A stretch of DNA of 32,000 nucleotides from Corynebacterium glutamicum ATCC 13032 (GCF_000011325.1 NC_003450.3:3240001-3272000); one strand, 5' to 3'. Shown: positions 1 to 8,392, counted from the stretch's first letter. Numbers and translations are program-made. The notes: generated by a model not told the origin, from the sequence alone.

Positions 1-175
1 CGCGATTGCAGCGGGTGCTTCCGGTGCGATCACGGGTTCCGCGATCACCAAGATCATTGCTTCCCACTGCGAAGGTGAGCACCCGAACCCGTCCACCATT
101 CGAGATATGGACGGTTTGAAGAAGGATCTCACTGAGTTCATCTCTGCGATGAAGGCAGCGACCAAGAAGGTTTAG
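1..175 (+). CDS. trpA: tryptophan synthase alpha chain, 3' end only (starts upstream of window)
   Basis: Frame 2 is open from the window edge to TAG at 173-175. It translates to AIAAGASGAITGSAITKIIASHCEGEHPNPSTIRDMDGLKKDLTEFISAMKAATKKV*. The G-x-GSAI-x-KII ... MKAAT pattern matches the C terminus of TrpA proteins as I remember them. It is absent from the ORF track because it has no start in the window. Confidence 0.7.
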   Translation, partial: AIAAGASGAITGSAITKIIASHCEGEHPNPSTIRDMDGLKKDLTEFISAMKAATKKV

Positions 176-187
176 GCCTTTAAATGT

Positions 188-213
188 GGCAATGTTTCAC
201 GTGAAACATTGCC
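188..213. repeat. core palindrome copy 1 (26 bp perfect: GGCAATGTTTCAC|GTGAAACATTGCC)
   Basis: Perfect inverted repeat read directly. It lies 12 nt after the trpA stop, between convergent trpA and the PTS EIIC gene. Confidence 0.95.
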
Positions 214-229
214 CTAAAGTACAGATGTA

Positions 230-285
230 CAAAGAAGCCGCCTCCTAGCTCTCGGGCTGGGAGGCGGCTTCTTTGTTTGCGGTTT
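230..285 (+). terminator. intrinsic terminator hairpin
   Basis: 16-bp perfect stem CAAAGAAGCCGCCTCC (230-245) / GGAGGCGGCTTCTTTG (260-275) with a 14-nt loop, followed by TTTGCGGTTT. It sits between convergent trpA (+) and EIIC (-). Confidence 0.75.
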
Positions 286-310
286 AGGAAATCTCAGGGT
301 TTTGGAGATC

Positions 311-1852
311 TTAGCTTCGAGCCGGTGGGGTAGGAGCGCCCGCCGGAGGAGCAATCTTAGGGTAGGTCCGAGCCCCAGCCGTTGGAGTGGCATCAGCTTC
401 CGCCTTCTCCACGCGCTCACGGTTGGGAGCTGGATCCCAGTGCCCATTCACGACGCGCTTCTGGAAGACCATCGCGCCACCCAGAAGAACCGCTGCGATG
501 ATGAGCAACAAGATGAGCCCGCCAGCACCTTCCACCTTGGCTGCAGAACCAACAACGATTCCGAACCAACCAAAGTCCGCATCACCGAAAGTGGTGTTCT
601 CTGACCCGAAGGAACCAAGCACACCAAGCAGGAAAGCAGGGAGGAAGGTAATCAGAAGACCGTTGGCAAAGGCGCCAAATACTGCTCCTCGACGACCACC
701 CGTGGCATTACCGTAAACGCCCGCCGCGCCACCAGTGAAGAAGTGGGGGACCAAACCAGGCAGAATCAACGCGACACCAAAAGCTGGGTTCAGCCACGAT
801 GCAAGAACAGTCAGGCCAACCAAGCCACCGACGAAGGAAGACAAGAAACCAATGAGAACGGCGTTCTGCGCGTAGGGGAACACGATCGGTGCATCCAATG
901 CGGGGATAGCTCCGGGAACAACCTTCGCAGCAATACCTTGGAATGCGGGGACCAGTTCACCAAGAATGGTGCGGACACCAAAGAGAATCACGGCAACTGC
1001 AACGCCGAACTGCAGACCTTGAGTGAAGGACTGCATGATGTAGTTGCCTACGTTGGTGGCGCCATTGGGGAATGCAGTGAAGGCTTCTTCTTCTCCTGCG
1101 CGCACCAGGAACAAAATAGCCAAAATGATGTACATGATCGCCATGGACAGAGCTGTAGAAACCATGGAGTCGCGGAGGAAGCGCAAGCCTTCCGGAACCT
1201 TCATATCCTCAGTGGAAGGGCTGGCCTTCTTGCCCTTGCCACCGACCAGTCGGCCGACTGCACCGGCAGCTACATAACCTGCGGTGCCGAAGTGTCCAAT
1301 GGCAATGGAATCATCGCCAGTGATTCGGCGAGTCCACGGATGCGCGAACGCAGGCAACGACACCATGAGAATACCGAGCAAGAGAGCACCCACACCCACC
1401 ACAATCCACGCATCAAATCCGGCGGTGGCCAAGATGATGGTGAGCATGGTGGACATGAACAGCACGTGGTGTCCGGTGAGGAAGACATAACGCAGGTTGG
1501 TGAAACGAGCCAACACCAAAGAGATGGCGAAGCCCAGAATCATCAGCCACGCCACCTGCGCGCCGTATTCAGCCTGTGCGATTCCGGCGATGGCTTCATT
1601 CGTTGGGACAACACCACGCATGCCTGTGGCACCCATGATCATCGCACCCAGTGGCTCCAGGGAGGCAGTGACCAACGTGGCACCCGCACCAATGAGCAAA
1701 AAGCCCAACGTTGCTTTGATTGCTCCACCGATAACCTGACCGACGGAACGCCCCATGGCACCCAATCCCACGGCGGTGATGATACCGATGAGGAAAGCCG
1801 GAACCGCAAGGATTTCATTAACGAGGAAAAGAGGAATGGTTAACCAGTCCAT
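311..1852 (-). CDS. PTS ascorbate-family (SgaT/UlaA-like) EIIC permease
   Basis: 513 aa polytopic membrane protein, MDWLTIPLFLVNEILAVPAFLIGIITAVGL..., with glycine-rich helices typical of SgaT/UlaA EIIC. AAGGAC SD-like sequence before the ATG at 1852. It lies 24 nt downstream of the EIIAB gene in the same operon. It has a Pro/Ala-rich C-terminal tail of about 50 aa. I recall the C. glutamicum locus name rmpC but did not verify it. Confidence 0.9.
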   Translation of the reverse strand: MDWLTIPLFLVNEILAVPAFLIGIITAVGLGAMGRSVGQVIGGAIKATLGFLLIGAGATLVTASLEPLGAMIMGATGMRGVVPTNEAIAGIAQAEYGAQVAWLMILGFAISLVLARFTNLRYVFLTGHHVLFMSTMLTIILATAGFDAWIVVGVGALLLGILMVSLPAFAHPWTRRITGDDSIAIGHFGTAGYVAAGAVGRLVGGKGKKASPSTEDMKVPEGLRFLRDSMVSTALSMAIMYIILAILFLVRAGEEEAFTAFPNGATNVGNYIMQSFTQGLQFGVAVAVILFGVRTILGELVPAFQGIAAKVVPGAIPALDAPIVFPYAQNAVLIGFLSSFVGGLVGLTVLASWLNPAFGVALILPGLVPHFFTGGAAGVYGNATGGRRGAVFGAFANGLLITFLPAFLLGVLGSFGSENTTFGDADFGWFGIVVGSAAKVEGAGGLILLLIIAAVLLGGAMVFQKRVVNGHWDPAPNRERVEKAEADATPTAGARTYPKIAPPAGAPTPPARS

Positions 1853-1876
1853 AATATTTTCGTCCTTTTAAAGTAG

Positions 1877-2689
1877 TTAGATGTCGTAGCGTTCACGAAG
1901 CGCAGCATCGATTTCATCGGTGCTCGTGAAGTCATTGATCACGTGAACCGGGATTCCAACATCACCCAACGTGCGGGCGATTTCACCAGAGGTCATGATG
2001 AGATCAGCTTCCTTGGCTTTGCCCTTGGCGGAGATAGTGTCGGTTGCCTCCACCGTCATGTATGGACCCCAACCCCAGGTGTCGAAAACTTGCTCAAGGG
2101 TGTTTTTGAGGAAGAGGGAGGTACCCAAGCCGTTGCCACAGACGGTGAGGATCTTGTCGTGGGTTTTGGATTGGACTGAGGCTGCAGGAGCGTCAGTGGG
2201 TGTTACAGCAGGAGCCACAGCAGGAGCCTTCTGCTTCGCCGGCGCTGCTGCCTTCTCTAAGATTGCTTGGATCTCCTCGGGACTTTGTGCCTCGTCGAGA
2301 TCCTTTCGGTATTTTCCTAAAGCTTTAGCCAATGCCGCCATCGCTTGGGTATGTGCGGTGGCATCTTTGGCAGCGAGAGCAACGATGAGATTGACGGGAT
2401 CATTCTTACTGTGACCGAAGGAAACAGGGGAGGCCAGGCGCACCCACGACATAGCGGTCTCGCGGACTGCTCTGCTGGGGCGGGCGTGCGCGAAAGCGAA
2501 ACCTGGAGCGACCACAATGTAGGGGCCTTTTTCTTCCACGCTGGCGATCATGGCATCGGTGTAGGCGGAATCAATGCTGTTTGTCTTTTCTAGGAGTACA
2601 CCTGCGGCGCGGATGCCTTCACGCCAATCGGTGACCGTGCGGTCGAGTTCTATGCGTTCTGCCTTTAGCAGATCTTTGAGTACAAACAT
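1877..2689 (-). CDS. PTS EIIA(mannitol/fructose type)-EIIB fusion protein
   Basis: 270 aa. The N-terminal EIIA_2 domain has the active-site region GFAFAHARP. An Ala/Pro-rich linker (AAAPAKQKAPAVAPAVTPTDAPAA) follows. The C-terminal EIIB has KILTVCGNGLGTSLFLK with a phospho-Cys motif. Confidence 0.9.
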   Translation of the reverse strand: MFVLKDLLKAERIELDRTVTDWREGIRAAGVLLEKTNSIDSAYTDAMIASVEEKGPYIVVAPGFAFAHARPSRAVRETAMSWVRLASPVSFGHSKNDPVNLIVALAAKDATAHTQAMAALAKALGKYRKDLDEAQSPEEIQAILEKAAAPAKQKAPAVAPAVTPTDAPAASVQSKTHDKILTVCGNGLGTSLFLKNTLEQVFDTWGWGPYMTVEATDTISAKGKAKEADLIMTSGEIARTLGDVGIPVHVINDFTSTDEIDAALRERYDI

Positions 2690-2797
2690 AAGTAGATGTT
2701 AATTCACTGCATGTTGATTCGGATAGGGTCAAACATAAAGCCACACTTGCTAGATCTCCGTACGCCCCACGAAGACACCTCGAAGTTCCCACGCGAA

Positions 2798-2815
2798 ATG
2801 TTTCACGTGAAACAT
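2798..2815. repeat. core palindrome copy 2 (bare 18-bp core ATGTTTCACGTGAAACAT)
   Basis: Perfect 18-bp palindrome whose flanks are not complementary. It lies in the divergent promoter region, 30 nt before the ABC ATPase ATG (2846) and 108 nt before the EIIAB start (2689). Confidence 0.95.
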
Positions 2816-2845
2816 CTGCTGATTTTTGTCTCCAAGTGGAGTTGA

Positions 2846-3763
2846 ATGAGAGTTATGAACACTCCGGCAGTTCAGGTTCAAAATCTAAGTTTGAGTTTTG
2901 GGTCGTTCACAGCTGTCAACGGCCTCAGCCTCACGGTGGAGCAGGGGAGCATTCACGGCTTCCTCGGCCCCAACGGTGCAGGAAAGTCAACAACCATCAG
3001 GGCACTCATTGGAGTGCTAAAACCCCAAACAGGTTCAGTCGCTATTCTCGGCCAAGATCCTGTTGCTCACCCCGATGTCCTTCGAAGAGTTGGCTACGTT
3101 CCAGGAGATGCCACACTGTGGGACAACCTCACTGGGGCGGAAGTTTTCAGGGCGCTCGAATCACTCCGCAAGACTCCATCCAACCGAGCTCTAGAAAACG
3201 AGCTCATTGACGCCTTCCAATTGGATCCCTCGAAGAAGATCCGCGAATACTCGACAGGTAACAGAAGGAAAGTCAGTCTCATCGCGGCGCTCAGTCATGA
3301 GCCCGAGCTCCTCATCGTTGACGAGCCCACCGCAGGCTTGGATCCCATCATGGAGCAAGTCTTTGTCACCTATGTCCGCAAGGCACGAACCAACGGCGCG
3401 TCCGTGTTACTCAGCAGCCACATTCTCAGTGAGGTGGAGCAGCTGTGTGATTACGTCACGGTCCTTAAAGAGGGGCGAGCAGTTGCATCTAATGAGGTGA
3501 GCTATCTGAGGAAGATCTCCGCTCACCGCATTACTGCCACGATTCCGGCGGTACCTCAACACCTTGCTGGCAGGGGAGAAGTGGATTTCGATGCTGGCCA
3601 TCTCAGCATCACCTGCGATGCCTCCGAGGTTCCCGATATTTTGCGCATCATCATCGACGCTGGCGGCCAGGACATCATCAGCACCGCGGCGTCGCTGGAG
3701 GAGATCTTCTTGCGTCACTATGGAGAAACCGTGAGTGGTTCAGAAAGCAAGGCATCACAATGA
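2846..3763 (+). CDS. ABC transporter ATP-binding protein
   Basis: Walker A GPNGAGKST, signature-like YSTGNRRKV and Walker B LLIVDEPTAGLD. GGAG at 2838-2841. An alternative ATG lies at 2855. The stop overlaps the permease start (ATGA at 3760-3763). Confidence 0.9.
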   Translation: MRVMNTPAVQVQNLSLSFGSFTAVNGLSLTVEQGSIHGFLGPNGAGKSTTIRALIGVLKPQTGSVAILGQDPVAHPDVLRRVGYVPGDATLWDNLTGAEVFRALESLRKTPSNRALENELIDAFQLDPSKKIREYSTGNRRKVSLIAALSHEPELLIVDEPTAGLDPIMEQVFVTYVRKARTNGASVLLSSHILSEVEQLCDYVTVLKEGRAVASNEVSYLRKISAHRITATIPAVPQHLAGRGEVDFDAGHLSITCDASEVPDILRIIIDAGGQDIISTAASLEEIFLRHYGETVSGSESKASQ

Positions 3764-5346
3764 TCCGTCTTAATCTACGTCTTCGTCGGATGCTCATTCT
3801 GTGGTGGCTGCTTGGCATCTGGGTATTTCTCATCATCACCCCGCCGTCATATGTTGCCACCTATCCGGACCTTGCGAGCCGTGGGCCGGTTGTCTCAAGT
3901 GTGCAAAATAATGTGGGCACTCAAGCAATGTATGGCTATCTTCCATCGCCTGGCACCATTGGGCAATTAACCGCCTGGGAAACTGGAGCATGGTTATGCG
4001 TGTTGTCGTCGGTGATGATGGTTTTGCTGTTTAGCTCGCTTCATCGCAAACCTGAAAGCTCGGGTCTCGTCGAGTATGTGTATGCCGCGGGGCGCAGCGG
4101 TTCTTCCCGTTTCGGCGCGGCGATCGCCACAGGCACGATTGTGTCTGTCCTCAACGGTGCGGTGTGCGCCTTCATCCTGCTCGCTTTTCGATATCTAAGC
4201 ATTGATGAAATCACGGTCGCTGGCAGCATAGCGTTCGGCGTAACCATCACTCTCACCATGCTCGCCACCATGGCCATCACGAGCATTCTGCAGAGCTTGT
4301 GGGGGAGGGGAACCAACTTCAACCGCCTTGGCCTCCTCAGCGTGGGTGCCGCATTTTTGATCAGAATGTTCGCTGACACATCGTCGTCAAGCTGGGCAAC
4401 TCACCTCAACTGGGTGTCACCGCAGGGCTGGCGCACAGTGATCGCACCCTTCACGGAAGACAGTTGGCTGAAGGCTTTGGTCTTGGCCATCGTGTGCGCG
4501 GCGCTCATCGGCGTTGCATTTACCCTCGATTCCCGGCGCCCCTTCGATGAAAGCCTGCTTCACCTTCGAGGTTCGAAGCGCTACCGCGAGCGAAAAATCC
4601 GAAGCCTGTACAGCCTGAACATGGTGCTTCACAGAGGAAATCTGATCACTTGGTCGATCGTCATCGGCTTGGTTCTGCTGATTTTCCTTCCCCTCATCGA
4701 CTCACTCCTGCCGTCGCTGCAAGGCGATGCCGCGACGATGCAAGCCGTCGAAGCCTTCTTGCCAGCGGGCGAATTGCAGATCACCTTCATCGTCTACGTC
4801 TTCCAAATCGCGTCTATTCTGCTCAGCATCGCAGTGGTCTTGCCCGTCATCGGGTTCATCGGCCAAGAGCGCGAAGGCCTCATCGACGCGGTCCGCAGCA
4901 CGGGCGTGCGCCGCTGGTCGCCCCTATGGGGCTGCGTTCAAGCATGCTTATCGACGCTAACCTCCTGCACCATTTTCGCCATTCTATGTGCTCTCCTGGG
5001 TTTGTATCTCCAACCGTCAACAGTGGAAGACGGGACCTCCCTCATGGTGCTTTCCGGCCTCTCAATTGCCGTCCATGCACTGTTCTTCCTAGGAATCGCA
5101 ATCGCAGTAGCGGGACTTGCACCGCGCGTCATCCACCTTGCCTGGCTCCCCATTATTGCGGCGTCGGTAGTGACTCTCCTCGGCCCATTGTTCTCACTCA
5201 CCGAGCAGCAAATGGAATTCTCGCCACTGACACATTCATGGGCAAACTCCGATGAAGCAGTGTGGCCGTTGCTCACATTCGCGATTATTGGTGTCGCCCT
5301 TGGGGGAGTAGGCCTACTTGGGGCGCAGCGAAGGAACCTACTTTAG
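3760..5346 (+). CDS. ABC-2-type transporter permease (multi-pass membrane protein)
   Basis: 528 aa with many hydrophobic helices. It is translationally coupled to the ATPase through the ATGA overlap. Confidence 0.8.
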   Translation: MIRLNLRLRRMLILWWLLGIWVFLIITPPSYVATYPDLASRGPVVSSVQNNVGTQAMYGYLPSPGTIGQLTAWETGAWLCVLSSVMMVLLFSSLHRKPESSGLVEYVYAAGRSGSSRFGAAIATGTIVSVLNGAVCAFILLAFRYLSIDEITVAGSIAFGVTITLTMLATMAITSILQSLWGRGTNFNRLGLLSVGAAFLIRMFADTSSSSWATHLNWVSPQGWRTVIAPFTEDSWLKALVLAIVCAALIGVAFTLDSRRPFDESLLHLRGSKRYRERKIRSLYSLNMVLHRGNLITWSIVIGLVLLIFLPLIDSLLPSLQGDAATMQAVEAFLPAGELQITFIVYVFQIASILLSIAVVLPVIGFIGQEREGLIDAVRSTGVRRWSPLWGCVQACLSTLTSCTIFAILCALLGLYLQPSTVEDGTSLMVLSGLSIAVHALFFLGIAIAVAGLAPRVIHLAWLPIIAASVVTLLGPLFSLTEQQMEFSPLTHSWANSDEAVWPLLTFAIIGVALGGVGLLGAQRRNLL

Positions 5347-5386
5347 CAACTGGCTAAATAAGATTCTCTGGACGATACTAGGCATT

Positions 5387-5770
5387 ATGACTCAACCAGC
5401 CCCCATGTGTAGCCGCCGCATGTTTCTTCTTGGAACAGCAACAACCTTCGCAGGTGCTTTTCTTGCAGCCTGTGGTACTGAACCAGATCAGGAGGTAGCG
5501 GCTACTGAAGTCCCCGTCGGAAGCTCTGTCATCTTGGGTTCCGTAATCATTGCGCAGCCAACCGAAGGCAACTTCGTGGCTTACTCTTCTGCATGCCCAC
5601 ACCAGGGATCACGCATCACCAAGGTAGAGGGAGACACTGTTATTTGCACGAACCATAAGTCAGTCTTCAACATTTCCGATGGTTCAGTTGTGTCCGGCCC
5701 AGCCCAGAACGGACTCACCAGCGCCAATCTCAAGCAGGACGGCGACACTCTGAGCGCGTCCGTGCAGTAG
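5387..5770 (+). CDS. Rieske [2Fe-2S] domain lipoprotein with twin-arginine signal
   Basis: Start moved to the ATG at 5387 (MTQPAPMCSRRMFLLGTATTFAGAFLAACGTE). It has the Tat motif SRRMFLLG, the lipobox LAAC, and Rieske ligands CPHQG ... CTNH. It lies 40 nt after the permease stop. Confidence 0.8.
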   Translation: MTQPAPMCSRRMFLLGTATTFAGAFLAACGTEPDQEVAATEVPVGSSVILGSVIIAQPTEGNFVAYSSACPHQGSRITKVEGDTVICTNHKSVFNISDGSVVSGPAQNGLTSANLKQDGDTLSASVQ

Positions 5771-5781
5771 AAAAACAGACA

Positions 5782-5819
5782 AAAAATGGCGATGTTTCAC
5801 GTGAAACATCGCCATTTTT
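5782..5819. repeat. core palindrome copy 3 (38 bp perfect: AAAAATGGCGATGTTTCAC|GTGAAACATCGCCATTTTT)
   Basis: Perfect 19+19 bp palindrome with A5/T5 ends. It fills almost the whole 49-nt gap between the convergent Rieske stop (5770) and OYE stop (5820). Its shape fits a bidirectional terminator. Confidence 0.95.
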
Positions 5820-6932
5820 CTACCACGCACCTCGCACATAGGACGGTGGGTAGGGGATCTCATCGCGAGTTTTCCCCAGTTCATGCGCAGCAAATAGTGG
5901 CCAGGAAGGGTAGCGGAGGGCAGCTCGACCCAGCGAAATAATGTCCGCATCTCCACGATCAAGATGCCCCTGCGCCTGACCCACATGAGTAATTAATCCA
6001 ACCGCGGAGGTAGGGATACCCACCTCTTGCTTCACACGACGAGCAAATTTCACTTGATAGCTCGGCTCCACAGGGATTGTCGCGGGTACTGCACCTCCGG
6101 TGGAAATATCGACTGCATCCACACCCAGCTTTTTCAGATCTGACACAAGCGAGACGGTTTGATCGTCATCCCACGAAGGTTCATCATCAATCCAGTCCGT
6201 GGCAGAGATCCGGGCAATCAGTGGCATCGAGCCCGGAATCACTGCACGGATCGCCTGGGCTACTTCCCTAAATAGTCGTGTGCGATTCTCAAACGAACCT
6301 CCATAAATATCAGTACGTTTATTTGCGACGGGAGTGAGGAACTGATGCAACAGGTAACCGTGGGCACCATGGACCTCCACAGCATCAAACCCTGCACGCA
6401 CCGCGCGCTCTGCAGCAGCAGCGAAATCCTGAATAACCTTTTCAATACCTTCGCGGGTCAATTCGGTCGGATCTGCAAGCCCCGGCTGAGCGACAGCACT
6501 AGGCCCAAAGGTTTCCCATCCACCCTCGTCAACTGATTGAGTACCAGTAGGGAAGTTAGGAAGGGCCGGATATGTGCTCGCTTTGCGGCCTGCATGGTTA
6601 AGTTGCACACCGATCAGTCCACCTTGAGCGTGGACAAAATTTGTAATTCTCTCCCATGCCTCAACTTGGGCCTCATTCCATAGGCCAGTGCAACGCGATG
6701 AGATTCTTCCCTCTGGACTAATGCCGGTGGATTCCGCGATGAGGAGTCCGAAGCCGCCAACAGCTCGGGCTCCGTAATGCACGAGGTGCCAATCAAGTGG
6801 AACCCCATCGAGGTTATTGGCTTGGTACTGGCACATGGGCGCGAGCCACATCCTATTGGGAATTTCTAATCCACGGATTGCAATGGGAGTAAGGAGGGAA
6901 GTCATGGTGTCGAGAATAGTCCAAAAATCCAC
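5820..6932 (-). CDS. NADH:flavin oxidoreductase, Old Yellow Enzyme family
   Basis: 370 aa. Motifs PNRMWLAPMCQY and HGAHGYLLHQFLTPVANKRTDIYGGSFENRTRL are typical of OYE/NamA. GTG start at 6932 is preceded by AAGGA. An alternative ATG lies at 6905. Confidence 0.9.
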   Translation of the reverse strand: MDFWTILDTMTSLLTPIAIRGLEIPNRMWLAPMCQYQANNLDGVPLDWHLVHYGARAVGGFGLLIAESTGISPEGRISSRCTGLWNEAQVEAWERITNFVHAQGGLIGVQLNHAGRKASTYPALPNFPTGTQSVDEGGWETFGPSAVAQPGLADPTELTREGIEKVIQDFAAAAERAVRAGFDAVEVHGAHGYLLHQFLTPVANKRTDIYGGSFENRTRLFREVAQAIRAVIPGSMPLIARISATDWIDDEPSWDDDQTVSLVSDLKKLGVDAVDISTGGAVPATIPVEPSYQVKFARRVKQEVGIPTSAVGLITHVGQAQGHLDRGDADIISLGRAALRYPSWPLFAAHELGKTRDEIPYPPSYVRGAW

Positions 6933-7234
6933 AATCCTTGCGCTGATTCAACCACGCAGGAAGTCAATTGATTAACGACACAGTGACGAAACTAAATAGA
7001 GCGATAAAATTAATGGGTTAATCCCACTATTTCATTTCAAGTAACTTGATTCACCGAGCATCAGGGAAACCAATATTGGGTTCACCTAAAACTGCTGGTC
7101 ATTTCCATCGCCCATGCCCCCACGCGATGTCTTCTCACAGTACCACCCACAAGCCACAAGGAGGGTATGGAGGTGGGCGTCTAAAGCCAAATTTTTCCCG
7201 GTGTTTGAGGCGATTGCACCGTACACTAATGTGC

Positions 7235-8209
7235 ATGCTTGAACGCCTCAAACGCCTAGATCCGCTCATTGTCCTCATTGTGCTGGCTGTCATTGTGGCG
7301 ATCATCATTCCAGTTCGCGGGGTTGCTGCGGATTGGTTTGATGTCGCCGTCAAGATTGCCATTGCGCTGCTGTTTTTTCTTTATGGTGCCCGCCTATCCA
7401 CCCAAGAGGCGCTGAATGGTCTGAAGCACTGGAGGCTTCACCTGACTATTTTGGCGATCACTTTCGGAATATTCCCACTTATCGGCATTGGGCTCGAGCC
7501 GATGACTGCATTTGTGTCGGAAGATATTTATCGGGGAATTTTGTTCCTCACGCTCGTTCCGTCCACCGTGCAGTCATCGGTGGCGTTTACCTCGATCGCT
7601 AAAGGCAACGTAGCTGGTGCGATTGTGTCGGCATCGCTCTCCAACCTTGCGGGTGTTTTCCTCACTCCGCTGCTGGTCATGCTCATCATGTCTGCGGGCG
7701 GGGGAGTTCACGTGGATTCCCAGGTCTTCCTCGACATTGCGATTCAGCTTCTGCTGCCGTTCATCCTCGGCCAGGTATGTAGGCGTTGGGTGAAGAATTT
7801 TGCGGCCAACAAAGCAACAAAAATCGTGGACCGCGGCTCGATCGCGATGGTCGTGTACTCCGCGTTTTCTGCCGGCATGGTGGCTGGCATTTGGTCCACT
7901 GTGAGCGTTCTAGAGATTATCTACCTCATTGTTTTCGCTATTCTGCTGGTGATGGCCATGCTGTGGTTCACGCTGTTCATGGCTACACGCCTTGGATTTA
8001 ACCGGGCAGATTCCATCGCTATTCAGTTCTGCGGAACCAAGAAATCCCTGGCCACAGGCCTCCCAATGGCGGCAGTCATCTTCGGTGGCGCCAATATCGG
8101 CCTGCTCATCTTGCCGTTGATGATCTTCCACCAAGTCCAGCTGATGATTTGTGCATGGCTTGCAGCTCGTTATGGTCGTGATGCGCAGGAACAGAAAGCC
8201 AACGCCTAA
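7235..8209 (+). CDS. bile acid:Na+ symporter (BASS/SBF-like) family transporter
   Basis: The track ORF starts at 7046, but its first 60 aa or so are basic and non-membrane. The hydrophobic body starts at MLERLKRLDPLIVLIVLAVIV (ATG 7235, or 7229). It has about 10 TM helices and a YfeH-like pattern. Confidence 0.75.
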   Translation: MLERLKRLDPLIVLIVLAVIVAIIIPVRGVAADWFDVAVKIAIALLFFLYGARLSTQEALNGLKHWRLHLTILAITFGIFPLIGIGLEPMTAFVSEDIYRGILFLTLVPSTVQSSVAFTSIAKGNVAGAIVSASLSNLAGVFLTPLLVMLIMSAGGGVHVDSQVFLDIAIQLLLPFILGQVCRRWVKNFAANKATKIVDRGSIAMVVYSAFSAGMVAGIWSTVSVLEIIYLIVFAILLVMAMLWFTLFMATRLGFNRADSIAIQFCGTKKSLATGLPMAAVIFGGANIGLLILPLMIFHQVQLMICAWLAARYGRDAQEQKANA

Positions 8210-8248
8210 AAGTCCTCAGTAGCTAGCCAAGCTGGTCAAGCAATGAAA

Positions 8249-8276
8249 GTGGTCACCTTCCGGGGGCCACTTTTTT
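8249..8276 (+). terminator. intrinsic terminator
   Basis: Stem GTGGTCACC / GGGGGCCAC (one wobble, one mismatch), loop TTCC, then TTTTTT (8271-8276). It lies 40 nt after the transporter stop. Confidence 0.7.
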
Positions 8277-8323
8277 GCATTCTAGGCAGTTCGGGCCGGT
8301 GTGAATAAAACACCTTCCCCAAA

Positions 8324-8339
8324 TAGACAGCATGGTCTA
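8324..8339. promoter_or_regulatory. perfect TAGAC-N6-GTCTA inverted repeat (McbR-type operator consensus)
   Basis: TAGACagcatgGTCTA was read directly. It overlaps a candidate -10 hexamer TAGATT (8338-8343), 54 nt upstream of the ATG at 8393. The consensus is assigned from memory of the C. glutamicum McbR motif. Confidence 0.5.
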
Positions 8340-8392
8340 GATTAGCTTGAAACGAAAGCGTACATTCGCAGCAACTAACGGAAAGCACACTC

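Noticed and set aside
743-1843. 366-aa + strand ORF, plus several shorter ORFs between 214 and 1739
   Set aside because: It lies entirely antisense to, or out of frame within, the well-supported EIIC gene. Its composition is low-complexity and Arg/Gly/His-rich, typical of shadow ORFs in GC-rich coding DNA. It has no SD.
3446-3460. TGTGAttacgTCACg, resembling a CRP/GlxR-type TGTGA-N6-TCACA site
   Set aside because: The spacer is 5 nt rather than 6, the right half is imperfect, and the site lies in the middle of the ABC ATPase coding sequence.
4650-5255. 201-aa + strand ORF in an alternative frame inside the ABC permease gene
   Set aside because: It is Arg/Pro/Ser-rich and out of frame within a gene whose own frame encodes regular TM helices.
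5777-5790. A 12-nt match ACAAAAATGGCG between the left flank of palindrome copy 3 and the right flank of copy 9 (31169-31181)
   Set aside because: It could hint at a shared larger element, but it is a single short A-rich match with differing A-run length. I cannot exclude chance.
7167-7184. Mini-ORF ATG GAG GTG GGC GTC TAA (MEVGV) after AAGGAGGG, in the 5' region of the BASS transporter
   Set aside because: The SD-to-ATG spacing is only about 2 nt and the peptide is 5 aa. Nothing distinguishes it from chance. I also found no recognisable riboswitch fold in 6933-7234.
7046-7234. N-terminal extensions of track ORFs (7046, 5318, 12684, 13525, 15417, 16572, 20115, 22050 and 26604 starts)
   Set aside because: The extensions have non-protein-like or basic low-complexity sequence, cross palindromes or promoters, and often use non-ATG starts. 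Internal ATGs with SD motifs and family-typical N termini fit better.
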